A stretch of 64,000 nucleotides of DNA from Octopus vulgaris (GCA_951406725.2 OX597821.1:110298001-110362000), one strand, 5' to 3'; positions 30,189-43,994 are shown, counted from the stretch's first letter. Translations and numbers: made by a program. The notes: a model not told the origin generated them from the sequence alone.

Positions 30189-30945
30189 GGAACTCCGTCG
30201 GTCACGACGACCAGGGTTCTAGTTGATCCGATCAACGGAACAGCTTGCACGTGAAAGTAATTTGCAAGTGGCTGGGCACTCTACAGACACGCGTACCTAT
30301 TTCTTTATTACCCATAAGGGGCAGACATAGGTATTAAGTCTTTATGTATATATACACAAATATATATGTATATATATATGTATATATATGTATGTAAAAG
30401 ATTTTGCTGTTAAAATTTATCTGCAATAAATTGCTAACATCAGCATCAAGATCGATAATGAAGAGATCGAAGTGGTTGATGATTTCATCTTCCTTGGCTC
30501 CAAAATAAATCGAGATGGTGACTGCACTCCAGAAATAAGACGGTGGATAGTACTAGGCAGAGCGGCAATGGTCAGCATGAGCAGGGTCTGGAAGAGTAGA
30601 GACATAGGTATTAAGTCGATTACATCGACCCCAGTGCGTAACTGGTACTTAATTTATCGACCCCGAAAGGATGAAAGGCAAAGTCGACCTCGGCGGAATT
30701 TGAACTCACAACGTAACGCAGACGAAATGCCGCTAAGCATTTCGCCCGGCGTGCTAACGTTTCTGCCAGCTCGCCGCCTTCGCGTAAACCTCAAGGGAAA
30801 TTCAGCGTGACACAGAATTTGACAAGGCTGGCCCCTTTGAAACACAGGTAGGAACTCGTCTTTTCCAACTAGGTGTATCGCTCAAGGACACAAGGGACTA
30901 CGTGGAATCGTGAGGCAAATATCCTATCCACTAAACAACACACCT
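30189..30945 (-). mobile_element. Nested SINEs: a family C copy split by a family A copy (30297-30780), which carries a 260-bp templated insert
   Basis: 30189-30297 and 30781-30945 join colinearly with 57374-57643. Confidence 0.75.
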
Positions 30946-31803
30946 TCATGTTTTGCTTAAGAATTCAATACTCCCACTAATCCTGGAATCGAAATTGCGA
31001 TCTTACGATCGTGAAGGCGACAATCTAACTGCTAAACCATGCGTCTTCACAAGACTGGCCAAAGGAAAAAAAAATATTCGTTTGAAATGAAAAGATACGG
31101 CAGAAAGCAATAAGATTTATGTACCGACAACATATAAAGTTCCGAAATCTATAATCTCCGCCATGATGGCTGATCATCTTGAAGATAAATAATCTATTAG
31201 AGTTGATAAATAAATAAACGAATGTAAAGAACAGCTACGTGTGAGCTGATCAGTTATTGATAACCTCCGATAAATAATCAAATATATGCACATGGCATGG
31301 ATTGATTATCGAACAGTCTTTGATAGGATGCCACATATCTTAATATTGGAGAAACAGTATGTAAATAAAAGAGCGGCAATACGGAAGAGATATATCAAAT
31401 TGGACATGTTAAAATAGAAAGCGTCCACACATTTACGAGATGAGAAGGTAATAAAAAATGTGTTTTATCTACATAAGAAGAGGGATCTTCTAAAGACGAA
31501 CCCTATCCTATTTCCTGTCTTTTGATTTGATTTCCATATGAAATCTTCTGAACCACTCTTCCAAGGGTGACATATGCTAAAGACATATTATAAAGCATCT
31601 CCTCTATATGGATGATAAAACTGCATACAAATATTAACATGCTGTAGAAGAACTTACTAGAACCTGCAGAGAAGTATGCGCAGGTATGGCTGTGGTGAAG
31701 AAACTCGTGTTGCAACCACGTAGTTTCGAGTTCGGTTCCACAACACAGCAACTTGGACAAGTGTCTACTATAGCCCCAGTCTCTGCGAACGAATATGGTA
31801 GAC

Positions 31804-32000
31804 CAGTGGTTCTCAACCATATTTAAAAGTTTTTTGCCTGGAACCCTTCGATTCTTGTTTTACTTGGATGGGCCCTCATGGCCATCCAATGTTTTAAAAA
31901 ATCCTATTTTGTTTTTATATTTTCATAAGTAAATATTATTAGGAAATTTATTTTAAAAATTGTTAAAAAATTTTGCGTATTGTAGCAGTGTAAGCAATTT
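31804..32000 (+). mobile_element. Possible hAT-like MITE left end
   Basis: Begins CAGTGGTTCTCAACC, a common hAT/Charlie TIR start; partner TIR not found. Confidence 0.45.
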
Positions 32001-32002
32001 CT

Positions 32003-32640
32003 ATCTATCTATCCGCTCAGTCGAAGTCGACTCTCGGTTACTCGTTGGATCAGTGTCCTCCAGTCAGTTCTATCCTGGGTCGCTTCTTTCAGATTGGCTA
32101 TGTCCATTCCGGTATCACTCTTGATGGTGTCAAGCCAGCGGGTTCTTAATCGGCCTCTTCCTCTCTTGCCACTGACCATTCCGAGCATGATGTCCTTCTC
32201 CAGGGATTTTCTCCGCATAATATGACCGAAATATGCCAATCTATGCTTGGTGATCCTAGCTTCTAGCGACATTTTCGGTCTGATCTGCTTAAGAACTTCT
32301 CCATTGGTGAGCCTCGCTGTCCATGGAATCCGTAAAAGTCTTCTCCAACACCAAAGCTCGAATGCATTAATTCTCTTCTGGTCAGCTTTCTTTAGTGTCC
32401 AGGTCTCGCATCCATATGTTGCTATTGGGAAGACAATTGCATTCACCAATCTGCATTTGGTAGTGAGTCTGATGTCTCTACTCTTCCAGACCCTGCTCAT
32501 GCTGACCATTGCCTCTCTGCCTAGTACTATCCGCCGTCTTATTTCTGGAGTGCAGTCACCATCTCGATTTATTTTGGAGCCAAGGAAGATGAAATCATCA
32601 ACCACTTCGATCTCTTCATTATCGATCTTGCTGATGTTAG
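32003..32640 (-). mobile_element. RTE-clade LINE 3' fragment (family 2)
   Basis: ORF 32605-32009 has FIFLGS, YGCETWTL, FELWCWRRLLRIPW and GKRGRGR; (GATA)n tail. Confidence 0.9.
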
Positions 32641-32818
32641 CAATTTATTGCAGATAAATTTTAATATTTCTATTACTTTTACATACATATATATACATAT
32701 ATATATACATATATATTTGTGTATATATACATACACACACACACACACACACATATGTATATATATATATATATACATATATACATATATACACACATAT
32801 ATATATACATAAATATAT

Positions 32819-33191
<373 letters not shown>

Positions 33192-33229
33192 GCAACAGAA
33201 AAGAAGAACTTAGAACTTAGATTATCTCC

Positions 33230-33740
33230 ACGTGGTCAGTTGCAATGTATATAAGAAATTTAAAAAAAACATATAGAAAAATGTGCAGATAACACCAAAC
33301 CAAATTTCACAGTCTTCCCCTTCTACCAGTGCAAAGACACAATCTCTCCACAAGAACGTTTAAATAAAGAAACTTTTCATTGAAAAATACAGAACACGTC
33401 TTAATATGCACGCATAACGAACTTTTATCCGTTTATATATTTCAATTCACGATTACATCACTACATAAATCACCTCACTAAACAGGGCTTTCGAAACTTG
33501 TCTTTGTACATATATATTCCCCTCCCATTACCGAAAGCTGAACAGTTATCTCTCTTACCCACAACAATAATAATAATAAAGATAACCAATTACCTCCCTC
33601 TATTTATCTACTTGTGAAGTCATTCACTCGTGAATTTCATCACACACAATAATATCATGAATAGCGATATCGAAACCGGTCGATATATTAAAATTTATAT
33701 TAAAACTATGTAAGTGTGCGTATTTTCCTTTTTTAATTTC
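33230..33740 (+). mobile_element. Degenerate PLE 3' fragment: endonuclease C-terminus, UTR and hammerhead variant (33652-33686)
   Basis: Reads CADNTKPNFTVFPFYQCKDTISPQERLNKE/IEKYRTRLN*, like a PLE GIY-YIG tail; atatc ATGAATA gcgatatc GAAA CCGG TC gatat. Confidence 0.6.
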
Positions 33741-34153
33741 TTATATATATATATATATATATATATGCATATATTTACATATATACAATGGGCTCCTTTC
33801 AGTTCCCGCCTGCCAAATCCACTCACAAGGCTTAGGTTGGCTGAAGCTATATCAGAAAATACTTGCCCAAGGTGCCATCCAGTGGAACTGAACTTGGAAC
33901 CATGTGATTGGGAAGGAAACGTTCTGCCACACAGCCACGCCTGCGTATATGTATATATATATATGGTATATTCTGCTAAGAACGTAGTAGAGTACAGTAT
34001 AAACCACGCTCGCCTTCAGATTTCACCCTGTGCTATCCAGTAGTGGTATTATACGTACTTCCAGGTTTGCGTTTTGGCCTTTGTCGTGTGTGGATAGATA
34101 ATTGAAAGAACTAGAGTCAGCAAGAAGGGGTACGGTTGGACATATATTTTTTA

Positions 34154-34260
34154 ATTACTACAATATGTTTCCACACAATGTAGTTCTCCAGGTGTGCAGA
34201 AACCTGATTATGCAACTGTTTTCCTGCATTATGAGATCTAGTTGTGCTTCCTCAGGCGAT
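34154..34260 (-). ncRNA. Type I hammerhead-like motif with ~77-nt helix II domain
   Basis: Minus strand: atcgc CTGAGGA a gcacaa..tag.tctc...gaga.cta..ttgtgt g GAAA ca-tat-tg TA gtaat. Confidence 0.7.
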
Positions 34261-34526
34261 ATGTAAATATTTTCTCCGTAAACTTAAAATCCTAGACTTC
34301 AAGAACATCCTCTCTCTCTCTGTGGTGGCCTGAATTTAGTAGTAGCCACTGAGCTTATCAGGGCGTGTATATGCTGGAGGGTCGTTGTGTAGGTGAATAG
34401 GTGAATGTGTAGATGTAATGGGATGGTGATTCTGGTACGGGAGAAATACGTTGCATGGAAACAATTGTAATGCTTAAAAAATAAATATCTATATGTACCC
34501 CTTCTTGTTGACTCCAATTTTTTCAG

Positions 34527-34580
<54 letters not shown>

Positions 34581-34846
34581 CTGTGTGTCTGTGTGTGTGC
34601 GTGCGTTTGTGTGTGTGTGCGTATGTGTGCGTGTGTGTGTTTGTGTGTTAGTATCTGTATCATGGTATCTGTGTTTGTCCCCCCAAACCGTTTCAAAACC
34701 GGTTTTGATGTGTTTATGTCCCCGTAGTTTAGCGGTTCGGCGAAAGATACCGATAAAATACGTATAGCCCTCAATTCATTCGACTAAAAATTATTCAAGG
34801 CACTGCTCCAGCATGACTGCAGTCTAATGACTGAAACAAGGAAAAG

Positions 34847-34938
<92 letters not shown>

Positions 34939-34944
<6 letters not shown>

Positions 34945-35150
34945 GGTCCAAAAGTGGGTTTACATGTAACACGTAGTCACTTTAAATTTCTTTTCAAACA
35001 TTTTATAACATTTAAATTGGTATCTTACAATTAACTAAATTAGCATAAAATAATGGTGTCATATTTTTTCATAAGTAAGATCTAAACTGTTAATATAGGA
35101 ATGCGAAAGAGACAGTTGAATAACTGTAAACCTACTTTTGGGACACCCTG
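34939..35150. mobile_element. Tc1-like MITE in (TA)n
   Basis: TIRs TAGGGTGGTCCAAAAGTGGGTTTACA and TGTAAACCTACTTTTGGGACACCCTG, with TA flanks. Confidence 0.85.
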
Positions 35151-35158
35151 TATATATA

Positions 35159-35208
<50 letters not shown>

Positions 35209-35243
35209 CAAAGTTGAGTTGTGGGGTATCGCACGAGTGGAAT

Positions 35244-37782
35244 TATATACGAAAGAAGGTTTGAAAATGCAATTTAAAAGATGTTTATTTACTTAACCGG
35301 TTTCACTCTTTGGAAAAAGATTGTCAAAAGTAACATAGAATATTATGAATTCAAAAAATTTTACATAATTGCCACATTACATGTATATATACAGTCTTTG
35401 GTAACAGGGACATGTTAAGGACATAAAGAAGTACAACAGTGTGATGAGAATATTTGAAAAAATGGGCAGAAAAGAATAAAACAAATATATTATTGGAAGT
35501 TTGGTTGCGTTAATTATTGGTTGTTGCAAATTGCCACATTACATGTATATATACAGTCTTTGGTAACAGGGACATGTTAAGGACATAAGAAAGTAAAACA
35601 GTATGATGAGAATATTTGAAAAATTGGGCAGAAAAGATTAAAACAAATATATTATACATCTCAGGGTCAGTACAGAATATTATGAATTCAAGGCAAGGTT
35701 GTTTACTGACCTGTCCGTTTTAGCAGAAATGTAGAATTGAAAAAGATGTACTCGCTTTTTTCTTTTTTGGCTTTCCTTCAAGCATCAATGATTTTGGGGT
35801 TAGGATGAGGTAAATATGTGTGTCTCTCTGCGTGTATGTGTGCGTGCATACACATACATGTGGTGTGAATAGATGTGTCTGTGTGTCTGTAGTATTTGGT
35901 CAGATGGCGTCTGTTTGTCAAGTCTGTGTGGTTGTCGTGGTGTTGTGTGTGCGTGTGTGCGCGCGTGCGTGTATGCGTGTGCGTGCGTGTGTACGCATGC
36001 ATGAGTGTGGATGGCATTTGACATGGTGCTGCGTGTGTATATATGTGCCTGTATGGAGGTGAGACTGGTATGAGTGTGCGTGCCCCTGTGTGCGTGCACA
36101 CACACGCATACAAGCGTCTGCGTGTGTGTGGGGGGCTGTTTTTGAATGGTTCCAGGGTGGCGAAAATAGATGTGTGTTGTTTAAAGAAATTTTGGGGGTA
36201 GGATGGTGTGTGTATATATGCGTGCGCGCGTGCGCGTCTACGCGTGTGTGCTGGCCATACACATACACTACATATACATATATATACACACACACACACA
36301 CACATCATACACACACACACCACACACACACACATATCTCACCCCCCAACACACACAACACACACACACAACACACACACATACAGAACACACACACACA
36401 CACAACGCACACACATATAATACACACACACAACACACAAATATATCATATATTTATATATAATATACACACATATAACACACACACACAACACACACAC
36501 ACAACACACACACACAACACACGCACATACATATATAATATAAATACAACACAAATACACCTAACACATATATACATCCAATACACATACACAACATATA
36601 TATGATACACATACACAATATATACATATAACATACATACACAATACATACATATAATATATATATATAGACAATGCATATACATATATACATATATACA
36701 TATATATAGTGTTTGCATACACATACATAAATATACCACATATACACATAATATACATACATACAATGTATACATATACACATACGCATACATATAACAT
36801 ATATATACATAACATACACATACACAATGCATACATATACATGCAATATATATACATGTATTCATGCATATATAACACACATACAATATACATATATACA
36901 ATGCACACATACACATACATATACACATAATGTACACATACATATACACCATGTCAAATGTATACACATACAAATACACATGTACACACTTACATATACA
37001 CCATGTCAAATGCCATCCACACTCATGCATGCGTACACACACACGCACACGCACACGCACGCGCACACACACGCACACACAACACCATGACAACCACACA
37101 CACTTGACAAACAGACGCCATCTGACCAAATACTACAGACACACAGACACATCTATTCACACCACATGTATGTGTATGCACGCACACATACACGCAGAGA
37201 GACACACATAGTCACCTCATCCTAACCCCAAAATCATTGATGCTTGAAGGAAAGCCAAAAAAAGAAAAAAGCGGGTACATCTTTTTCAATTCTACATTTC
37301 TGCTAAAACGGACAGGTCAGTAAACAACCTTGCCTTGAATTCATAATTTTCTGTACTGACCCTGAGATGTATAATATATTTGTTTTAATCTTTTCTGCCC
37401 AATTTTTCAAATATTCTCATCATACTGTTGTACTTTCTTATGTCCTTAACATGTCCCTTGTTACCAAAGACTGTATATATACATGTAATGTGGCAATTTG
37501 CAACAACCAATAATTAACGCAACCAAACTTCCAATAATATATTTGTTTTATTCTTTTCTGCCCATTTTTCAAATATTCTCATCACACTGTTGTACTTCTT
37601 TATGTCCTTAACATGTCCCTGTTACCAAAGACTCTATATATACATGTAATGTGGCAATTATGTAAATTTTTTTGAATTCATAATATTCTATGTTACTTTT
37701 GACAATCTTTTTCCAAAGAGTGAAACCGGTTAAGTAAATAAACATCTGTTAAATTGCATTTTCAAACCTTCTTTCGTATATA
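35244..37782. repeat. Long inverted repeat: arms 35244-36028 and 36999-37782, ~970-bp spacer, hammerhead variant near each outer end
   Basis: Arms are near-identical reverse complements; each has an internal tandem duplication starting TTGCCACATTACATG. Confidence 0.95.
37693..37737 (+). ncRNA. Hammerhead variant with U3-A8 pair (mirror copy on - strand at about 35288-35333)
   Basis: ttactt TTGACAA tcttt-ttcc-aaaga gt GAAA CCGG TT aagtaa; perfect 6-bp helix I, 5-bp helix II, palindromic ACCGGT. Confidence 0.7.
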
Positions 37783-37794
37783 TATATATATATA

Positions 37795-37970
37795 TAGATC
37801 GTTAGCCACTACACACATTTTTTCTCTCCTTGTTTTTTCTGTGTCCCTTTCTGTAGAATAGCGTAGGCGCGAAACGTAAAAGACCTTTTCTATTCCTGAG
37901 CGTTATACTAATACATCTGTTCGTTTTGTACACCACCAGTCCTCATCTTTTGTTTTTTTTCGTGAACTTT

Positions 37971-37972
<2 letters not shown>
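37795..37972 (+). mobile_element. PLE-derived family H1 copy with hammerhead variant at 37847-37884
   Basis: cttt CTGTAGA A tagc-gtag-gcgc GAAACGTA aaag; (TA)n on both sides. Confidence 0.7.
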
Positions 37973-38032
<60 letters not shown>

Positions 38033-38637
38033 GACAAACAAAACGAACTGCGCAGCTGGAACTGAACCAGAAACCATGTGATTATAAACCAATCTTCTTA
38101 ACCGCACAGCCTCGTCTGCACCAAGTGAATGTTTTAAATATTTTACCCCTACGATGTACATCGCACATTCTATGCAACATATTCTCGAAAAAAAATTTCG
38201 ATGCAAAAATTCACACATTCTATTTTCTTTACAATATTTTCTACGTACAATAAGATACAACAGCCAGCAAGAGCAACGCTAAAAACAAAATGGCGAAGAA
38301 TATATAAGAAAACAAACCAATTTGTGTTTTTCTTTTGAGCTTCAATAACTTCATGAACATCAAAAAAAAACAAAACATTAAATAAGCTTATATCCACAGC
38401 TTCACCGATAAAACACACAAAACTCACAGCAAATTACATCAAACTCAAACCATACTGAATTTTTCTTGAAAGACAATGCAAATACTTCACACACACCTCA
38501 GAAACACAGTGACGGCACATCAAATGATGTGATGAAAAAATTTACATGAATCGAGTAAAGGAAGAGAACACGTGGTTTAGATATTGTGAAAAGATAAAAT
38601 TAATAAATAACAATAATAATAATACTAATACTAATAC

Positions 38638-38688
<51 letters not shown>

Positions 38689-38923
38689 TAATAACAATAA
38701 TAAGTAACGATAAATTAAAAAAATATTAATAAATAAAAATCGGAAAAGAATAAGTATACACGATATAGAGCGAAAAGGATGGAAAATATACAGAGTATAC
38801 AAAGGTTAACAAAAAGAGAGGTGACGATAGAGATATAGGTCTTCCTGATACAGGATGACCTCTAGAGATAATCGAGGAACCCCGCTGTCCATATATACAT
38901 ACATATACATATATATATATATA

Positions 38924-39226
38924 CTAGCAGTATCGCCCGGCGTTGCTCGGGTTTGTAAGGGAAATAACTACATAAGCATTTTTAGAGAGTTACTTCCCTT
39001 ATATAATAGCAAAATAATGCATTAAAAATGGGAAAAAAATGATGGTAAATTTTTTTTTAAATCGTAGACTCATCGTAGACGCGCGCTAATACCCAGAAGG
39101 GTTCGATGTGAATCACGACTATAAAATACCCGCTTTTGGTTACACTGCACCGCAAAATGTGGGAGTAGCTAGGAATCTAAATCGTAGGAGACAGACACCA
39201 CACAACTTTTCTTTTATATATATAGA
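38924..39226 (-). mobile_element. Non-autonomous Helitron
   Basis: Minus strand starts TCTATATATATAAAAG and ends with hairpin CCCGAGCAACGCCGGG then CTAG; inserted between A and T. Confidence 0.85.
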
Positions 39227-39519
39227 TATACTTCACTATTCTGTTTGTTACCAATTTTGACCCTCCGCAAAATCCCAAATTTTATTTAATTTGCCTTGCG
39301 GGAAAAACGGTTTTATCGAAAGCGTATATTTTTGTTAAATGCTCGGAATACGAGACTAGAAAAACAGCCAACAACTGATGAAGGGTCGTTCTTTATGTTA
39401 TTTGCTTTGTTTTCCGTTTGTGTCTTTCACTGTTCGAAAGAATAGCTCATGTTCCATGTACTCGTACTACGTTTTTTTTTTTTTGTGGGATACGTTTCGT
39501 GACGTCCTGTGCCCACATA

Positions 39520-39576
<57 letters not shown>

Positions 39577-39605
39577 ATATGTATGTATATATGCATATAT
39601 ATATA

Positions 39606-39652
<47 letters not shown>

Positions 39653-39655
<3 letters not shown>

Positions 39656-39832
39656 CGCAGGAGTGGCTGTGGCTGTGTGGTAAGTAGCTTGCTAACCAAC
39701 CACATGGTTCCGGGCTCAGTCCCACTGCGTGGCTACTTGGGCAAGTGTCTTCTTCTATAGCCCCGGGCCGACCAATGCCTTGTGAGTGGATTTGGTAGAC
39801 GGAAACTGAAAGAAGCCTGTCGTATATATGTG

Positions 39833-39865
<33 letters not shown>

Positions 39866-40073
39866 TTGTGTGTCTGTGTTTGTCCCCCTAGCTTTGCTTG
39901 ACAACCGATGCTGGTGTGTTTACGTCCCCGTCACCTAGCGGTTCGGCAAAAGAGACCGATAGAATAAGTACTGGGCTTACAAAGAATAAGTCCCGGGGTC
40001 GACTAAAGGCGGTGCTCCTGCATGGTCGCTGTCAAATGACTGAAACAAGTAAAAGAGTAAAAGAGTAAAAGAG
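39653..40073 (+). mobile_element. tRNA-derived SINE family B, full length
   Basis: Head GGCGCAGGAGTGGCTGTGTGGTAAG, CORE-like TTGGGCAAGTGTCTT, internal (TA)(TG)n, tail ending (GTAAAAGA)n; other fragments at about 6050, 28035, 31675, 33780(-), 34660 and 54364. Confidence 0.9.
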
Positions 40074-40095
40074 ATATGTATATACATACATACAT

Positions 40096-40161
<66 letters not shown>

Positions 40162-40473
40162 TCCTTTACGTGCACCTCGTCTGGCCTCATTTACTGCATT
40201 AAATGCAACCTATGCGGGATGCTGTATGTAGGACAGACGGGACGCCGGTTGTCCGACCGATTCACAGAACATTTGAGGGACGTTCGCCTACACTCTTTTT
40301 CTCCCGTCGCACGCCACTTCCGCTCGGCCAGCCATTCCCTAGATGACATCTCAGTGTTTGGTCTCGCCCCCCACAATGGTCGTCCACTTTCTAGGCTCCA
40401 CTTGGAGCAACGCTACATCTTCACCCTACAAACTACTACCCCACACGGACTTAATACAGCCCCCTCCTCCTAA
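40162..40473 (+). pseudogene. GIY-YIG endonuclease domain of a PLE (5'-truncated)
   Basis: SFTCTSSGLIYCIKCNLCGMLYVGQTGRRLSDRFTEHL...LEQRYIFTLQTTTPHGLN*: LIY-YVG motif, conserved R/EH, E and GLN. Confidence 0.9.
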
Positions 40474-40647
40474 GGTTTTTTTTTCCGGATAAACACCCCC
40501 ACACACACACCTACCTACATCCCACACGCCTGTTCACACACACACATACGGATACACATCTACGTACACACATTCACACATTTAATCACACATACTTATA
40601 GACATACATGCATACACTAACATACAAACCAACATGCACATACATAC

Positions 40648-40700
<53 letters not shown>

Positions 40701-43234
40701 TACATACATACATACACACATACATACGCACATACATACACACACACACACATCGCACATACATACTTCACACACCTATACTTACATACACACACACACA
40801 TGCACACATACATGTACGCACACACACATACATACACACATACCCACACATGCACACCTTTACACGAATGCACACACACATACACCTATTTGCACCCAGG
40901 CAAACCCCCCCTTTTCTGCTTTCTGGTTTTGGTTGATGGATCCTCGGTTCCCGTGGAGCGGGTTGTTCGGGGGCCCCCGCGCGCGCACACCTTGGCGCGT
41001 GCTGGGGGTTGGTCCGCCCCATGGGCTTGCGTTGTATTGTTTGTGTGTTGTGTGTGTGAGCGTGCTTCGTGTGTGTGGGCGTGCTTCGGGTGTGTGCGTG
41101 CGTATGTATACATACATACCCACACACACGCATGCATCCCTACCCACATACATACACGCACACACCTACTCACACACACACTTACACACACACATACACA
41201 CACACACACATACCCGCACACACACACACATACACATACACACACATACCTACACACACACACAAACACTCACAGACACACACCCATACATACATACACC
41301 TATACACACACCCCTACACACATACATACACACATACATAAACACACACACATACACATACACATACATACGCACACACACATATACTTACACACATGCA
41401 CACACACACATACATACATACATACACCCACACACATACACATACTTACATACTCCTATACGCACATACATACACACAGACATACACACATACACACTCA
41501 CACATACATACGCACATACATACACACAGACATACACACATACACACATGCATGACTAACACCCATACACTCACACTCACATACACACACACACAACATA
41601 TATACACGCACACGCACACACACACGCACAGACACACCTACACTCCCACACCCATACATACGCACCTACATACACACACACACGCATACACACGCACACA
41701 CACACACCTACATACACATGCATACACACACACACACAAACACACACGGACACACCCATACTTACATACATACATACACCTATACACACCCGCCCACACA
41801 CCTACATACACACACATGCATACACACACACACGGACACACCCATACATACTTACATACATACACCTATACACACACGCCTACACACCTACACATACACA
41901 CACATGCATACACACACACACGGACACACACATATACGCACATACATATATACCTACACACATGCACACACACACACATATGCACATGCATACGCATACA
42001 TGCATACATGCATACACACACACGTACACATACATACACTCACACATACATACACCCATACACATACATGCATCCTACACACACAGACATACACACTCAC
42101 ACATACATACACACACACACACTCACTCACACACCTGCATGTACGCGCATACACATGCACCTACACACACTTCCACACACACACACGTACATACATACAC
42201 ACTCATACACATACACACACACACACACACGGACATACATCTATATACACACATATACACACACATACTTACATACATTCATCGGACACACTGACACCCA
42301 GACTTACACACAGACACACTCACACATCCACACACATACATACTTACACACACACTCGCAGGCGCGCGCACATACACGCTTGTGCACGTTCGCGCACGCA
42401 TACACGCATGCATGCACCACGCTCGTGGTTTGACCGACTGGATCTCCTGTACGTATCTGGGGCCGGCGCGTGTCTTTGGGTTCTCCCACGCCTGTCGCCG
42501 CGGGACCACTCTTCCATCTTCCCCTTCCCCCCTCCGCTGCAGTTTTTTCCTTACCCCCCTCTTTGTACACACACGCACACACATACACACACCCACTCAC
42601 ACACACACATTTGCATATATATATACATTACACTTACACACACTTCAAATTTACTTGCCATACACACAACTACGCACACTGGACACACTACCACTCTACA
42701 CACACACTGGCACGTTACATACGCCCCCACCCTTTCCCTCCTTCCCTTCTTCCCTCCTTCCTCCCATTTTTTACCACTGACCACTCACTCGAGACTTGCT
42801 ATGTCATCTGTTCGCCCTGTACGCACTAACATATACATATTTTTTGTTTTTTTTATCTCGCCTCACACACACATACACACACGCACACGCACACACTCAC
42901 ACATACATACACACGCACACACACATACCTCCCTGTTTCTGATCTGCCTTTCTGACTTGCTAGGGTACCCCCACACACTCCTTTAATTCTACTACTGCCT
43001 GCTACTAGCCACTGTCCACCATACACACACATACACACACACGCACACACTCACACACACACCCTTTTTCTCGCACACCTTTTTTACCATTCCCTCTTTG
43101 ATTCAGCTCTCCTGTTTTTAAAAAACATTTTCCTCCTTTTTTACCACTTCCGTCCTTTCAGTATGTGATCTCGTGAAGACTACCTGCAATTTTTTTTTCC
43201 TCTGTCCTCCCGTCTCGGGATCTTTCTTTCTCCT

Positions 43235-43272
43235 ATGTTTCCGACGAAGAGCTCCGCTCGAAACGTCATACC
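43235..43272 (+). ncRNA. Minimal type I hammerhead, U4C core variant
   Basis: CCGACGA A gagc-tcc-gctc GAAA CG TC; palindromic ACGT helix III; helix I weak in this copy. Confidence 0.7.
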
Positions 43273-43362
43273 CTCCTTCTTCCATTTTCCTGAGCGCCTA
43301 ATAATAATAATACTGTAATTGTTCCACGTGTTGTTGTTTTTTCTGTTTTCCCGTTTGGATTA

Positions 43363-43405
<43 letters not shown>

Positions 43406-43454
43406 TAGTGGTGGAGGCGGAGGAGTCGGTGGCGCCAGCAGCAGCAGCAGCAGC

Positions 43455-43523
<69 letters not shown>

Positions 43524-43994
43524 TGTAGTAGTAGTAGTAGTAGTAAGTAGAAGAAGAAGAAGAAGAATGGAGGCAGCGAGCTAGCAGAATCGTTAGCAGT
43601 ATTTCGTCTGCCGCTACGTTCTGAGTTCAAATTCCGCCGAGGTCGACTTTGCCTTACATCCTTTCGGGGTCGATTAAATAAGTACCAGTTACGCACTGGG
43701 ATCGATATAATCGACTTAATCCGTTTGTCACTCCTTGTTTGTCCTCTCTGTGTTTAGCCCCTTGTGGGTAGTAAAGAAATAGGTATTTCGTCTGTGTTTA
43801 GATTCTGAGTTGAAATTCCGCCATGGTCGACTTTGCCGTTCATCCTTTCGGGGTCGATTAAATAAGTACCTGTTACGCACTGGGGTCGATATAATCGACT
43901 TAAACCGTTTGTCTGTCCTTGTTTGTCCTCTCTGTGTTTATCCCCTTGTGGGTAGTAAATAAATAGGTATTTCGTCTGCAGCTACGTTCTGAGT

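Larger units (their letters stand above)
40161..43366 (+). mobile_element. 5'-truncated Penelope-like element (Neptune-like) in (TA)n, with long CA-rich 3' region and terminal hammerhead
   Basis: GIY-YIG fragment at the 5' end, hammerhead at 43235-43272, (TA)n at both ends. Confidence 0.8.

Noticed and set aside
39376-39440. Hammerhead from CTGATGAAGGG
   Set aside because: No helix II closed next to a GAAA and no helix III or cleavage triplet
40608-42986. Long His/Thr-rich ORFs
   Set aside because: (CA)n-derived stop-free frames within the PLE 3' region
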